DNA from: an uncultured Pseudomonadales bacterium
Lineage (GTDB): Bacteria > Patescibacteriota > Microgenomatia > UBA1400 > PJMF01
Length of the DNA: 64,000 nt
Direction: 5' to 3'
Assembly: GCA_964556485.1 (NCBI GenBank)
Contig: CAZKVV010000006.1
Coordinates: forward strand, 8,072-72,071
Positions within the stretch are counted from its first letter, which is position 1, and every line of letters starts with the position of its first letter. Positions 19,387 to 29,367 of the stretch are shown here, one piece after another. The notes under the pieces are model-generated. The model was not told the DNA's origin. It made no database searches and was given only the letters and a program-made list of their open reading frames with translations. A program made the translations under genes and the position numbers.

Positions 19387-20262
19387 CTATCTTCGAGTAA
19401 CTTCCCCAACTCCTGTGGAGCATATATTACCTTTGGGGTATTGTTCCAAAGCAATCATAGGTTCTTTTTGTGACATATTTGCATGTCCCAAAAAAATCCA
19501 TGAATTCTCTTCGATTGTCAAACCGTCACTGCAAATCAACGTGACCGGGCCACCACCCCCATGAGATTCTAGCGCGAGAACCGCTTGATACAAATCGGGG
19601 TAATCTTCTAAACCATCACCAAAAGAAACCTTGTTGAGAAATAAAATTTCCAGCGTAGCATCTGGCTCAGGTTGTGAAAGAAGGGGAGTTGATTCAATAG
19701 TGATTTTAGTTACACCTTCTAAACTGCGATCACTATTTTCTGGAATTAATACCTCATCGTTCATTTTCGACAGCGAACCATCGGTGAAAATAATGATTCC
19801 TTTTTGGCAGTCTGACATTTCTGTCCGTGCCAATTCTATGGATCCTGATCCCGAAATTGTCGGATTAAGAGTAGCATTGTCAAACTTAATCTGGTCTTCA
19901 AAACAATAAAAAATTACAATCTCAGGGTAATTTTTTACTTCTTTGAAATTTTTAACTTGATGGATTATTACACTATCCGGATTCTCAAAAAAACTTCTCA
20001 CAACGTCTTCATTGAAATTCATTGAATGAACTTCGACTATATCAAGATATGTCTTCCCCTCATTGATGCTGACTTGAGAAACAGGGGTAAAACTAAATCG
20101 ACAGGTAAATAACGTTGCAAGAAGTAGTAGAAAAATTGCCATAATTGCATGATTTTTGCGAAAAAGAATTGCTGCAATTATAATTAGCACTACTAGTAGT
20201 ACCAACATGAATCCTCTCCTTTTTTGAACTTTTAAAGAAACAGTCATCTGTTTGAATATCAA
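19387..20262 (-). CDS. membrane-anchored hypothetical protein (291 aa)
   Basis: N-terminal TM helices LVLLVVLIIIAAILF. No motif. Confidence 0.5.
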   Translation of the reverse strand: MIFKQMTVSLKVQKRRGFMLVLLVVLIIIAAILFRKNHAIMAIFLLLLATLFTCRFSFTPVSQVSINEGKTYLDIVEVHSMNFNEDVVRSFFENPDSVIIHQVKNFKEVKNYPEIVIFYCFEDQIKFDNATLNPTISGSGSIELARTEMSDCQKGIIIFTDGSLSKMNDEVLIPENSDRSLEGVTKITIESTPLLSQPEPDATLEILFLNKVSFGDGLEDYPDLYQAVLALESHGGGGPVTLICSDGLTIEENSWIFLGHANMSQKEPMIALEQYPKGNICSTGVGEVTRR

Positions 20263-20435
20263 CAGACAACATTATTGTTTTAATTGTATCACATTGTAAA
20301 AAAAAGCATATAATGTATAAGCCTATAACTTTACAAAATGGCACAACTGTGCTACAATTCTTATCTAGACTCCTCGAGATCTTTAATAACACTTTGCAGG
20401 GAGCAAATTATACATTTCTGCCCTATTAGAGGGGT

Positions 20436-20867
20436 TTGAAGTGTATAACATATCTCTCTGTTATTCAAAAAAAGGAGCGTGAAATTTTGACTAAGCTCAA
20501 ATTCATTGGTTTTCAACTTGCTTTACTTAGTATTTTTGGATTCGCATGTCTGTTGATGGTGACAAACACAGACACTCAAACGACCGTGCAAATTTCTATC
20601 GGAGATGAAATATTTGTTCCCGATGGATACGAGTTTGTTGATGCATCTGCCTATGGCCAATACGCAAACATCGCAACCTACTATTGTGAGGAAATCAGCA
20701 CGGGGCGCATATTTACATGCACCGACGGCCGAATAGGTAGTGAAATAGTTATACCTGAGGGTTACTATTTCATAGGCGCATCTGCCTATGGCCAATATTT
20801 CAATAATTTAGTCATTATTTGCGGAAAGGAAGACAGCAAGCAAGTCTTCATTTGCCAAGTACAATAA
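20436..20867 (+). CDS. small secreted/membrane protein with two tandem copies of an about 37-aa repeat
   Basis: FVPDGYEFVDASAYGQYANIATYYCEE then VIPEGYYFIGASAYGQYFNNLVIICGKE. Confidence 0.5.
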   Translation: MKCITYLSVIQKKEREILTKLKFIGFQLALLSIFGFACLLMVTNTDTQTTVQISIGDEIFVPDGYEFVDASAYGQYANIATYYCEEISTGRIFTCTDGRIGSEIVIPEGYYFIGASAYGQYFNNLVIICGKEDSKQVFICQVQ

Positions 20868-20897
20868 GCACTACGTCATTTTTTTGAATATCAGCAT

Positions 20898-20930
20898 AGA
20901 GCCTCAGCTAAACACTGAGGCTCTTTTTTG
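20898..20930 (+). terminator. rho-independent terminator
   Basis: AGAGCCTCAG-ctaaaca-CTGAGGCTCT-TTTTTG. Confidence 0.65.
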
Positions 20931-21090
20931 TTCAGTTTCACTGCTGGGAAACAAAATAGAAGATGGTATAATTTTAAATCTAATTTCTTTTACAAAAAAA
21001 ACACAAGCCAAGCTAGCCATGAGCGTAGCGAGGCAACAACTTTAGGTCTTTTTCCCCTTAACCCTCAGATTCGATAAATAAGGAAATCCC

Positions 21091-22065
21091 TTGTTTATCA
21101 CACACGAACTCTGGCCAGAATTTCGCTCTTACCTCACCATTGAAAAAAAGCTGAGTGATAAAGCTAGTTCAATGTATGCCCTCAAGTCGCGTTTCAACAA
21201 AGTTTCAGAACACTTCTCCACCGTTGACTTCAATCGGGCTAACTTCAATATTTTTATTTCTCAAATGAAATCCAAGAATCATGCTCCTTCTCACCTGAAC
21301 AACATGATTAAAATGGCAAAACACTTGGATAAATATTTCCAAATCAACCAACTCCAAGACTATGACTACTTCAGAGAGTCATTTACTCCCACCAAAGAAG
21401 TTTTAACACCCGAAGAGATTAAGAAACTGACAGAATTAGAAATGAGTTATAAATTTACTCGTTTCATGAACCAACGCCAGAAAGCGCTCATTTTCTTATT
21501 GGGTACAACTGGCTGCAGAATTGGTGAAGCGATAGATTTACAGTGGGATGATGTTTTTAGTGATCATGTGATTTTTAGGGAAACCAAAAATGGTGATTCC
21601 AGAGTGGTCCCCATCTCCTCAGAGTTATACCAATTATTTCTAGAATTACCTCGAAACAGACCAGAAGTTTTTTCCAGCTACCGTGGAAATAAGTTAGCAT
21701 CTCAAGAGATAAATGCCGACCTCCAGAAGAGGGCAAAATCGGCTGGGATTACTAAACACATCTATAACCACCTCTTTCGACACAGTTTTATTACCACCAT
21801 GCTCGAGCAAGGAGCTGATTCCTTAGATGTGGCAGTGATTGTTGGTCACAAAGACCCAAAAAATACCATGAGATACAAAAACTCATTGTTAAGCCACTAC
21901 CGAACAGTGATTCAAGTTCACCCACTTCTCAGAAAAACCATGACCTTTGAACAAATGACCATTAAAGTCAGAGATTTGATTTATAAGTCCATTAGTACGG
22001 AAAACTGTCATATTAGTATTCGGGAAGAAAACGGGCGGATGGTTGTGGAGTTGGCGAGAGGCTAA
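21091..22065 (+). CDS. tyrosine-type site-specific recombinase/integrase (TTG start)
   Basis: ALIFLLGTTGCRIGEAIDLQWDDV and NHLFRHSFITTMLEQGADSLDVAVIVGHKDPKNTMRYKN carry the R...H-x-x-R...Y catalytic signature. Confidence 0.85.
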   Translation: MFITHELWPEFRSYLTIEKKLSDKASSMYALKSRFNKVSEHFSTVDFNRANFNIFISQMKSKNHAPSHLNNMIKMAKHLDKYFQINQLQDYDYFRESFTPTKEVLTPEEIKKLTELEMSYKFTRFMNQRQKALIFLLGTTGCRIGEAIDLQWDDVFSDHVIFRETKNGDSRVVPISSELYQLFLELPRNRPEVFSSYRGNKLASQEINADLQKRAKSAGITKHIYNHLFRHSFITTMLEQGADSLDVAVIVGHKDPKNTMRYKNSLLSHYRTVIQVHPLLRKTMTFEQMTIKVRDLIYKSISTENCHISIREENGRMVVELARG

Positions 22066-22911
22066 TTAGTATAAAAATAAGCCAATGACTTGAAGAATAA
22101 ATGCAATCAAACTAAAGATCACTCCAATAGTACCCCATTTCCGCTGCTCCAGTCGATCTTTAACGGCAGGTAGTTTCAGATTTTCCACATCTGTATCACC
22201 ACCCCATCGCGAAACACCCAATTCAATAGCTTGCTTTTTTGAAATAAAAAGACCTTTTCCAAAGGCCAATCCACCAATTAATGAGAAGAAGGCAGACAGT
22301 GAAAACAATAATTTATCGTTCATTTCTAAATTCCCTATCACTGATGATACATCTGTTACTACTACAGTCCAGTTTATTTTTATAGGAGAAATTGAAAATA
22401 GTATGAATAGCAAACCAAGTGTCAAAAAACTAAAAAATATATTTGGGACCCAATCAATTTTAATTATTTTTAATATTGAGTATAAAAGGCCTTTTTTATC
22501 CATCAATCTTTTATATTCTTTAACTTGATCTTCAATGTGTTGTCTTTCGAAGGGTTCAATAACATCTTTATATTGAGACAAGTCAGATTCTAAATGCCAC
22601 TTACTCATTAGCCAATGAAAATGTTGCTTGCCCTGAAGAGAAGACCATAAATAAGCAACGCCAGAAAGTGTTGAGATTAAAAGAAAGAACTCTCCGATGA
22701 TAAATAAAGTATTAACTACTTTACCAGATGCTAATGCAATTGAAGAAGCGAAAACGGTGCCAGATAGAATAGTTAGATTTTTTAGTAGGTCAAAAAAATC
22801 ACCCTCAATTTCATCAAATTCTTTACTTTGTTTTTCGTGACTAGCAGAATTTGTTTTGTATCTTTGATCTTTTCTTTGTGATTGTAGGTTTTGTTCAAGG
22901 AGATCAGTCAT
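22066..22911 (-). CDS. multi-pass membrane hypothetical protein
   Basis: Several hydrophobic segments. No motif. Confidence 0.5.
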   Translation of the reverse strand: MTDLLEQNLQSQRKDQRYKTNSASHEKQSKEFDEIEGDFFDLLKNLTILSGTVFASSIALASGKVVNTLFIIGEFFLLISTLSGVAYLWSSLQGKQHFHWLMSKWHLESDLSQYKDVIEPFERQHIEDQVKEYKRLMDKKGLLYSILKIIKIDWVPNIFFSFLTLGLLFILFSISPIKINWTVVVTDVSSVIGNLEMNDKLLFSLSAFFSLIGGLAFGKGLFISKKQAIELGVSRWGGDTDVENLKLPAVKDRLEQRKWGTIGVIFSLIAFILQVIGLFLY

Positions 22912-23087
22912 GGTTGAAAACTATGTTTGAAAAAAGGCCTTTTTTGATGTATTTATATATAGTTCCTTGTACACTACTTGTACACTTATTAAATCTTTCC
23001 TAGATTCTCCGATAAGCCCTTTTCCAGGCTAAAACTCCAGAAAAGACATTATTCTAACTATCTTCTAGGGCAGTACTTGTACACTTT

Positions 23088-24572
23088 CTAGGAGTGATTC
23101 TTCAGTTTTTCAGAACCTAGAGTACTGGTCACATATTGTTGTTTTCTACTATTAGGGATGTCCGGCATTGTGTAGTCAAGGTAGCCAGCTTCCAGTAATG
23201 GCATAACATGCCTTCTAAAGTTTTCATAATGGTTTGTTAAACCCAATTTTTTAAGAATATTCTTCCTTGATTGTGGCTTTTGGCAAAGCTTAAGTACGCT
23301 TGTTTTATGTTCGTCTAAAGTGATTTGAACAAAGCCAGGATGAATTGGTAGATATGTTAAAAAGTAAGTATTATTTTCATCAGTTTCGAAAGAAGGATTA
23401 GGAGAGCCATTAGCCTTCATACTAGTTCTAATTTTGGGGATACCAGTCCCTCGACCTTCAGTAAGTCGAAGCTCTTTAAGAAAATCACCAATTCTACGAT
23501 TTCGATAGTCTCGAGCAATGATTCTGTTTTGTTTTAACATTTTGCTGTCGAGAGGAGGCAACGGACCAGGGAAACTAAGAATTTCAATCTTATCTAAACG
23601 AATGTTTACCTCGATTCCACTTTGGTGTTCATAACTTTTATGGTACACAGCATTTGCAAGTGCCTCCTCAATGGCTTCATAGGGATAATTTAAATAACGA
23701 GCTGCCTTGGCTTGACCGGACAATTTCCTAACCTTTTCCTTAATCACATTTACTTGCATGTAGTGAAGCACATCTTTTAACTGCGTATGCAGAGGTCCAT
23801 TAAATTTCTTTTCCGAGAAGTTATCACCCACCTCATCCTGGTAAGTTACAACTTGTATTTCTGCACCTCTAAAAAAATTCTCAGGATGCTCGTTAAACAT
23901 TAATAGTCCAACATTGACTGGTTTTAAATATTCAGTTGAACCTCGAGCAATATTCATTTTTCTGGCAATCTCTTCAACGGACAATACGGTTGTGTGTTTA
24001 TATAAATCACTACCCACTTCTTTTAAATAAGCCTGGATAAGAGATAAATCTAAATCAGCAACCTCAGCACTATGGTTAACCCGATCATCAAAGGGAACTT
24101 TTTTGGCTTGCTCTAGTAATTTTTGCTCATCTTGACCTTTGGCTTGTACAGTTTTAGAGCCCTTTCGTATCCAATACACCTTTTGACCTTTTTGTCCTAA
24201 AGAGAACGGAGCTTTATAAGGTCGGTTATCTCCACCTGGTACCCAAATTACTAGAATGTGCTTCTTTTGAAAGACAAACGGTTCAACTACGGGTGTGTAG
24301 TTCGGCTCAAGTAAGTAGGAAAGTTCAATAAGTTTTTTCTGAAAGGGATCGAGTTGGTTTTTCTGTAAACCTACTGGTGGTAATTCAGGTTCTCCATCAA
24401 CTTCTTTAATACCTAAAATTATATAACCACCCCCCCAGTTATTAACGTCATTAGCAAAAGCACAAATTGAATGAACTATCTCCTCAGGGTTAAAACCTTC
24501 TTTAAATTCAATTCTTTCAGATTCGACTGTTTCTTTACTGATCAGCTGGTTAATGTTGATTGGAAGTCCCAT
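23088..24572 (-). CDS. AlbA_2 (Schlafen-like) DNA-binding domain plus C-terminal HATPase-like ATP-binding protein
   Basis: N-terminal ESERIEFKEGFNPEEIVHSICAFANDVNNWGGGYIILGI is typical of the divergent AAA_4/AlbA_2 putative DNA-binding domain. Confidence 0.7.
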   Translation of the reverse strand: MGLPININQLISKETVESERIEFKEGFNPEEIVHSICAFANDVNNWGGGYIILGIKEVDGEPELPPVGLQKNQLDPFQKKLIELSYLLEPNYTPVVEPFVFQKKHILVIWVPGGDNRPYKAPFSLGQKGQKVYWIRKGSKTVQAKGQDEQKLLEQAKKVPFDDRVNHSAEVADLDLSLIQAYLKEVGSDLYKHTTVLSVEEIARKMNIARGSTEYLKPVNVGLLMFNEHPENFFRGAEIQVVTYQDEVGDNFSEKKFNGPLHTQLKDVLHYMQVNVIKEKVRKLSGQAKAARYLNYPYEAIEEALANAVYHKSYEHQSGIEVNIRLDKIEILSFPGPLPPLDSKMLKQNRIIARDYRNRRIGDFLKELRLTEGRGTGIPKIRTSMKANGSPNPSFETDENNTYFLTYLPIHPGFVQITLDEHKTSVLKLCQKPQSRKNILKKLGLTNHYENFRRHVMPLLEAGYLDYTMPDIPNSRKQQYVTSTLGSEKLKNHS

Positions 24573-25214
24573 TAGCTTACGATTATAAACCCAAAATACA
24601 GATTTTAATTTGCCATTTTATGATGAAAACTTGACAAGCAAATAGGCCTGTAATTTATAATTGTTCTGTAGGCATTTTGTTTGCAACAATCTACATTATA
24701 TTACCTCAGATTAGATTCCCAATTACATTGCTTGGTAACAAGCTAGCGTTGTCAGAGTTAGAGACTGACAGCCGAAGTGGTCGAAGGTTTGGAAAAAAAA
24801 TCGCGAAGGCGTACTGTGCTGGACACATATGTAGAACAACCTACCACTCGGGGGTGCAACTCCCCTTAAAGGCCATTGAGATACGATGGAAAGAATAGTC
24901 ACTTAAAGGAGTGGGAAATCTGAGGGGCATCTTGATTACAAAAGCTGTGATCAAGGTAAAAACCCATACTCCGCCTCATCATCCAGAAATGGGTGTAAGC
25001 TTTTTTGCAAGGTTGTGTTTGTCTACAAGATAAGTGAGGGCTCGGTTTTTGTACTATGACCACCTCCACCCTGGAAGGGAGTACCAGCTAGGTATAGATA
25101 GTAAGCTAAAAAGTACTGGGGAAAAACAGAGAAATACTTTGATCGTGATGAGCCACCTACCAATGGGGGTAGGGGGGGCAATCACACCTAAGCTGTTTTG
25201 CAGCGCAAGAAGAT

Positions 25215-27524
25215 TCAACCTAATGGGGGAGTATTCTGGCTCATGGATCTAACTAGTTTTTCCAGAGAACCTAAACCCTCTTGTTTTTTTTGTAAAAATT
25301 TCTCGATGTCTTTTATCTTTTCACCGTTTATTTCTAGAATTTCTGTTAAGCCAGAACTATTTTTTCTTGACAGGAAACCCAACATTTTTTCGTCAGAAAC
25401 AAGATAGATCTGACCTGACGTATAGCTTTCCTCGGAGGCATATTTGTAAGCTTTCAAATTACATTTTTCAATTTCAAGGCAATTCCCTTCAACAACACCA
25501 TTTACATCAAACTTTGAATCATCTATTTCTTCAGTGACAAGAACACCGTTTTTAACCGTAATCTTAATGGTATATTTTGAGTTTATTTCCCAAAACCCAT
25601 CCCACTCAAAACTACAGCTATTGGTAAGCGCGTCAATGAATGCGAGATGATACCTATTAATTTGTGCACCCACTTCCTGAAACTTTTTCTCGCTAGCTTC
25701 TTCTTCTTTAACTTTTCTACTAACACTCCCTAAGATTTCATCAACTCTCTCGTCATACCCATTCTTATTTTCCCTAATAATTGACCTTAATATTCCCAAG
25801 GCTTTATCTTTAAGACCAATTTCCAAATACTTGCTAGCAATGTTACTTCCAGCTAGTGTATTGCCAAGTTCATATGATTTTTCATACATTTCCATTCCTT
25901 TTATTGGCATAGAAAAGGGTGCATTAGAAAATAACACTCCTAGATTATTTTTAACATCTTGATTCTCGGAGTTATTTTTTAAAGCTACTTTATAGTGGTA
26001 AAGAGAAAGTTCTTCTTGACCAATTTCAGAATATTGATAGCCACAATCAAATCTGTTACTTCCATCGGGATCTAAGTTTACTGAAGCCTCTAGAAATTGT
26101 AATCCTCTTTTTGAGTTTCTAGTTTCCAGGTAATACTTTCCTAGCATTCGAAACATATCAGCTCTTTTGAGTTTACTATCAGGTTCATTCAAAAGTTCTT
26201 TTAGCCTTTTATCAAAGTCATGAGCATTAGCACATTTACATTCTTTACAAATTCTTGAAAAATGAAGCAAGTATGAAAGCCGGATATTTGGATCCTTTTC
26301 ATTTTGAAGTGCCAAAAGTATGTAATTGTGAGCCTGTTCAAAGGAGCTATTTTTGAAAAAATACTTAGATAAATATAAGAAAACAAAAGAGTGTTTAGAA
26401 TCTTTTTCTTTGCTAAGTAACTCATTGGGATGAAACACATAAGTGTAAACCACATCTAGTGCAACTTGCGTTTTTTTGTTTTTATATTTTTCTTTAATCT
26501 CGTTTACTAGACCTTCAGCTATATTTTTTTGATCTTTGTTTTTTAAGTCATCCAGCGCTATTTCTAATAAAATTAGATGGACTGAAAGATCTTCTTTAAA
26601 ATCTTCTATGAATTTTGCTCTGTCTTTTCCAATAGTAATATCGGTAATCCAGCCAGAGTCTATCTTCTTTGTTACAAATCTATAATTATTCGTACTCATT
26701 TGGTGCAAAATGTCATCAACGGCACCAATCACTTCGTCGACACTGTTAAATCTATCTTCAGGTTCCTCTGTAACCATACGTTCAATTAAGTTTTTCTGAA
26801 TCAAGGGTAAATATGTACTATTTCCCTCGAATAAACTATTTAAATCTCCAACTTCTTCTCTAAATGTTTTGCTTTTACCCGTGATCATAAACAGCAAAAT
26901 TTTACCTAAGGAATAAATATCAGACTTTATAGATGCCTTTGAGGGATCTTTGAATTGTTCTGGCGAAATAAAATATACTGGCCCAACTATTTCACCTTCA
27001 TCAGTAATATTTTTTTTATCTTCGTTATCTTTAATAAGACTTATACCAAAATCAGACACTATCACTTCATTTTGTGTTGGGAAGAGAAGAATGTTCTCGG
27101 GTTTTAGGTCTCTATGGATGATTTTTTGTGAGTGGGCACTATCCACACCAATAAGAATTTCCTTGAACAAAAGCAACGATTTTTCTAGATCAAAAATGAA
27201 AAAATCATTATCTTTAAGACTTCCGTAAGGAGCATAATCTGTAACATAGAAAATATCACTGACCGTATCATTCACTACATCCAAATTGTGATCGTAAATT
27301 TTAATAATATTTTTATTGCCATTAAGTTTTATAATTGCCTCTATCTCATTTCTGGCTCTCTCAAATTTTTTTTGTTGAAATTTTTTGATTTTGAATAATT
27401 TTAATGCATAATTCTTATCGTCTTCTAAGGAAACAACCTTAAATACTGTGCCTTGCCCACCAGAGTTTATTTGGTTAAGTACTTTCCATTTTCCTTTATA
27501 TATTTTGGGGTTATTTTTTGGCAT
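25215..27524 (-). CDS. Hanks-type Ser/Thr protein kinase with a long C-terminal extension (TPR-like plus unknown)
   Basis: GGQGTVFKV (G-loop), ALK (VAIK-like), HRDLKPENILL, DFGIS. Confidence 0.8.
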   Translation of the reverse strand: MPKNNPKIYKGKWKVLNQINSGGQGTVFKVVSLEDDKNYALKLFKIKKFQQKKFERARNEIEAIIKLNGNKNIIKIYDHNLDVVNDTVSDIFYVTDYAPYGSLKDNDFFIFDLEKSLLLFKEILIGVDSAHSQKIIHRDLKPENILLFPTQNEVIVSDFGISLIKDNEDKKNITDEGEIVGPVYFISPEQFKDPSKASIKSDIYSLGKILLFMITGKSKTFREEVGDLNSLFEGNSTYLPLIQKNLIERMVTEEPEDRFNSVDEVIGAVDDILHQMSTNNYRFVTKKIDSGWITDITIGKDRAKFIEDFKEDLSVHLILLEIALDDLKNKDQKNIAEGLVNEIKEKYKNKKTQVALDVVYTYVFHPNELLSKEKDSKHSFVFLYLSKYFFKNSSFEQAHNYILLALQNEKDPNIRLSYLLHFSRICKECKCANAHDFDKRLKELLNEPDSKLKRADMFRMLGKYYLETRNSKRGLQFLEASVNLDPDGSNRFDCGYQYSEIGQEELSLYHYKVALKNNSENQDVKNNLGVLFSNAPFSMPIKGMEMYEKSYELGNTLAGSNIASKYLEIGLKDKALGILRSIIRENKNGYDERVDEILGSVSRKVKEEEASEKKFQEVGAQINRYHLAFIDALTNSCSFEWDGFWEINSKYTIKITVKNGVLVTEEIDDSKFDVNGVVEGNCLEIEKCNLKAYKYASEESYTSGQIYLVSDEKMLGFLSRKNSSGLTEILEINGEKIKDIEKFLQKKQEGLGSLEKLVRSMSQNTPPLG

Positions 27525-27664
27525 TTTGAGGATTTTTTCTAACGGGTTTATAAATTAATGAAAACAACTCTAGAAAGTTTGTCGCTCGTGTGCTTGCCTC
27601 ATTGTCACTTAACTCTTCACCAAACTCTTTTCTAAAAATCTCTCTAAATTCATCAATGGCTTTT

Positions 27665-28234
27665 TTACTTAGTTGCATATTTTTCAATTGTTTCTAGTAA
27701 GAAAGGGAATTGTGCATATTTCTCACCTGCTGTACCAATACTGAAGTGCTGTTGACCTTCTTTTACTAGCAGTTCACCATCTAATTCTTCTGAAAGGTAC
27801 TGCGCATGATCTAATGGGCAGTAAGGATCATTATCAGAATGTATGAATATAAACTTCCTAGCTTTAGTTTTAATGTTTGCAAAGTCAAAAGGTTGTAAAA
27901 AAAGCTCCTTGAGAGCATCCCATTTCAAGTCGTTTCTAAATGAACCAACTAGATAGCAGACATCAACCCTTTTTCCCATTGGTAAAGCCTCTAACAAGCC
28001 CAAAATGGCAACTGCACCAGAAGAATGACCTATTAGTATAGTCACTTCATCAAAATAGAAATCGTTGTTAGAGAAAAGGAACTGATTGTATCTTTGAATG
28101 TTTGGTTTGTCGGCTTGCGGAAGATCTGGCGTCCAGACTTTGTAATTACGCTGTTCTAACTCTTTCTGCAACCAGGGAAACCAATTTGCCGTATGATTTC
28201 CACCTGTTCCATGAAGAATGAGAGCTTTTTTCAT
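27665..28234 (-). CDS. RBBP9/YdeN-family alpha/beta serine hydrolase
   Basis: ALILHGTGGN...LIGHSSGAVAIL (GxSxG)...FIHSDNDPYCP. Confidence 0.65.
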   Translation of the reverse strand: MKKALILHGTGGNHTANWFPWLQKELEQRNYKVWTPDLPQADKPNIQRYNQFLFSNNDFYFDEVTILIGHSSGAVAILGLLEALPMGKRVDVCYLVGSFRNDLKWDALKELFLQPFDFANIKTKARKFIFIHSDNDPYCPLDHAQYLSEELDGELLVKEGQQHFSIGTAGEKYAQFPFLLETIEKYATK

Positions 28235-28290
28235 TAAAAATGATTATAACTCAAGAAGATGCCTTCAGATAGCTGACTTATATTGATATG

Positions 28291-28551
28291 TTAGTCTTTC
28301 ATTACTTTCGTAAAGAATCCCAAAGGTCCTCTGACTTTCCCATCTCTAACAGTCTGCCTATAGAAGGTGAAAATAGGGAATTTGTACCAACCAACATGGT
28401 AGAAAGCACGTTGTTTAAGTCTTGATGTTTTGGTCCAGCGCTCAACTTGATTTATGCCAAGGCTTCGCTTCACTGATTTCTTTACCATGGTAATGCCTAC
28501 TATGGTTTTGAGTGATGGTTTCCGGTAGCGAAGTAACTTCACTTGTTCCAA
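28291..28551 (-). CDS. small basic hypothetical protein (86 aa)
   Basis: ORF only. Weak support. Confidence 0.25.
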   Translation of the reverse strand: MEQVKLLRYRKPSLKTIVGITMVKKSVKRSLGINQVERWTKTSRLKQRAFYHVGWYKFPIFTFYRQTVRDGKVRGPLGFFTKVMKD

Positions 28552-29030
28552 CTTTCACAATTGTCTCTAGCTTCAATCATCTCTTGAGGAAATATGCCAC
28601 TATCTAAATACACTCCAGTAATTGCTTCAAATTCTTTATAACCAAATCTATTTTCAAACCAGCCAATGTAACACATACAGTAAGCTGTGGATGAGTTTTT
28701 CTCACAGCCTTTCATAAAAGTGTCTACCGCATCTTCTGGGTAATCAGGCAAAGAAAAATCAACCCTAGGATCAATGGATTTGTATGCTTCTTCAATGTCT
28801 TTTGCCGGATCTGAGCTAGGCTTTGGGGAGGGTGTAGTTTTTTGTTTCGTAGGAGCTTTAATTGGTGTTGTAGTTGCCACTGGCTTAACAACCTGTTTTT
28901 GTTTTGGGACTCTACCTGCCATTAAAATCTTGTTCTCTGTCCACATTGAACCAACAAACCAACCAGCTAGAAAGATTGAGGTAAAAAGCAGTAAATAAGG
29001 TTTTTTCATGTTGTTGTTTGATGACAGCAA
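28539..29030 (-). CDS. secreted/membrane-anchored hypothetical protein with Pro/Thr/Lys-rich linker
   Basis: Signal/TM MKKPYLLLFTSIFLAGWFVGS, low-complexity linker, Cys-containing C-terminal domain. Confidence 0.5.
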   Translation of the reverse strand: MLSSNNNMKKPYLLLFTSIFLAGWFVGSMWTENKILMAGRVPKQKQVVKPVATTTPIKAPTKQKTTPSPKPSSDPAKDIEEAYKSIDPRVDFSLPDYPEDAVDTFMKGCEKNSSTAYCMCYIGWFENRFGYKEFEAITGVYLDSGIFPQEMIEARDNCESWNK

Positions 29031-29136
29031 TTTTATGTGGGTATTTCTTCAAGAGATGGGACTGATAGTAGCATTAAAACATCTTAGCTACAAGGAGTAG
29101 CTGTATCAAAGGTGGGACTGTCAGTAGTCTGTATGC

Positions 29137-29367
29137 ATGGGAAAAGAATTGGAAGTTAAATCTAAATTTCATGTCGCTTTCGGAAAGCATCTTCAGGCTG
29201 TTAGAAGCCGAGTTGGTATCACACAAGAAAAATTAGCTGAACTTGTGGACATAGATCGTTCATATATTGGTTTTATTGAAAGAGGTGAGAGGAACATTAC
29301 ACTAGACAAGATTTATAAATTGTCTAAAGCTCTCAAGGTAAAACCAAAAGATCTTTTTGATTTCTGA
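29137..29367 (+). CDS. XRE-family helix-turn-helix transcriptional regulator
   Basis: FGKHLQAVRSRVGITQEKLAELVDIDRSYIGFIERGERNITLDKIYKLSKAL. Confidence 0.8.
   Translation: MGKELEVKSKFHVAFGKHLQAVRSRVGITQEKLAELVDIDRSYIGFIERGERNITLDKIYKLSKALKVKPKDLFDF

Noticed and set aside
15823-22100. att direct repeats from tRNA 3' ends delimiting the islands
   Set aside because: I looked for copies of the last 15-20 nt of tRNA-Val, tRNA-Gly and tRNA-Phe near the integrases and found none by eye. The island boundaries stay unassigned.
24573-25214. tmRNA, RNase P RNA or group II intron in the 640-nt noncoding stretch
   Set aside because: I could not find the tmRNA tRNA-like ends (GGGG...TTCGA...CCACCA), the RNase P P4 core (GTCCGGGC / ACAGAA) or a domain V GAGC-GTATG motif. 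It is retained only as an unexplained candidate ncRNA.
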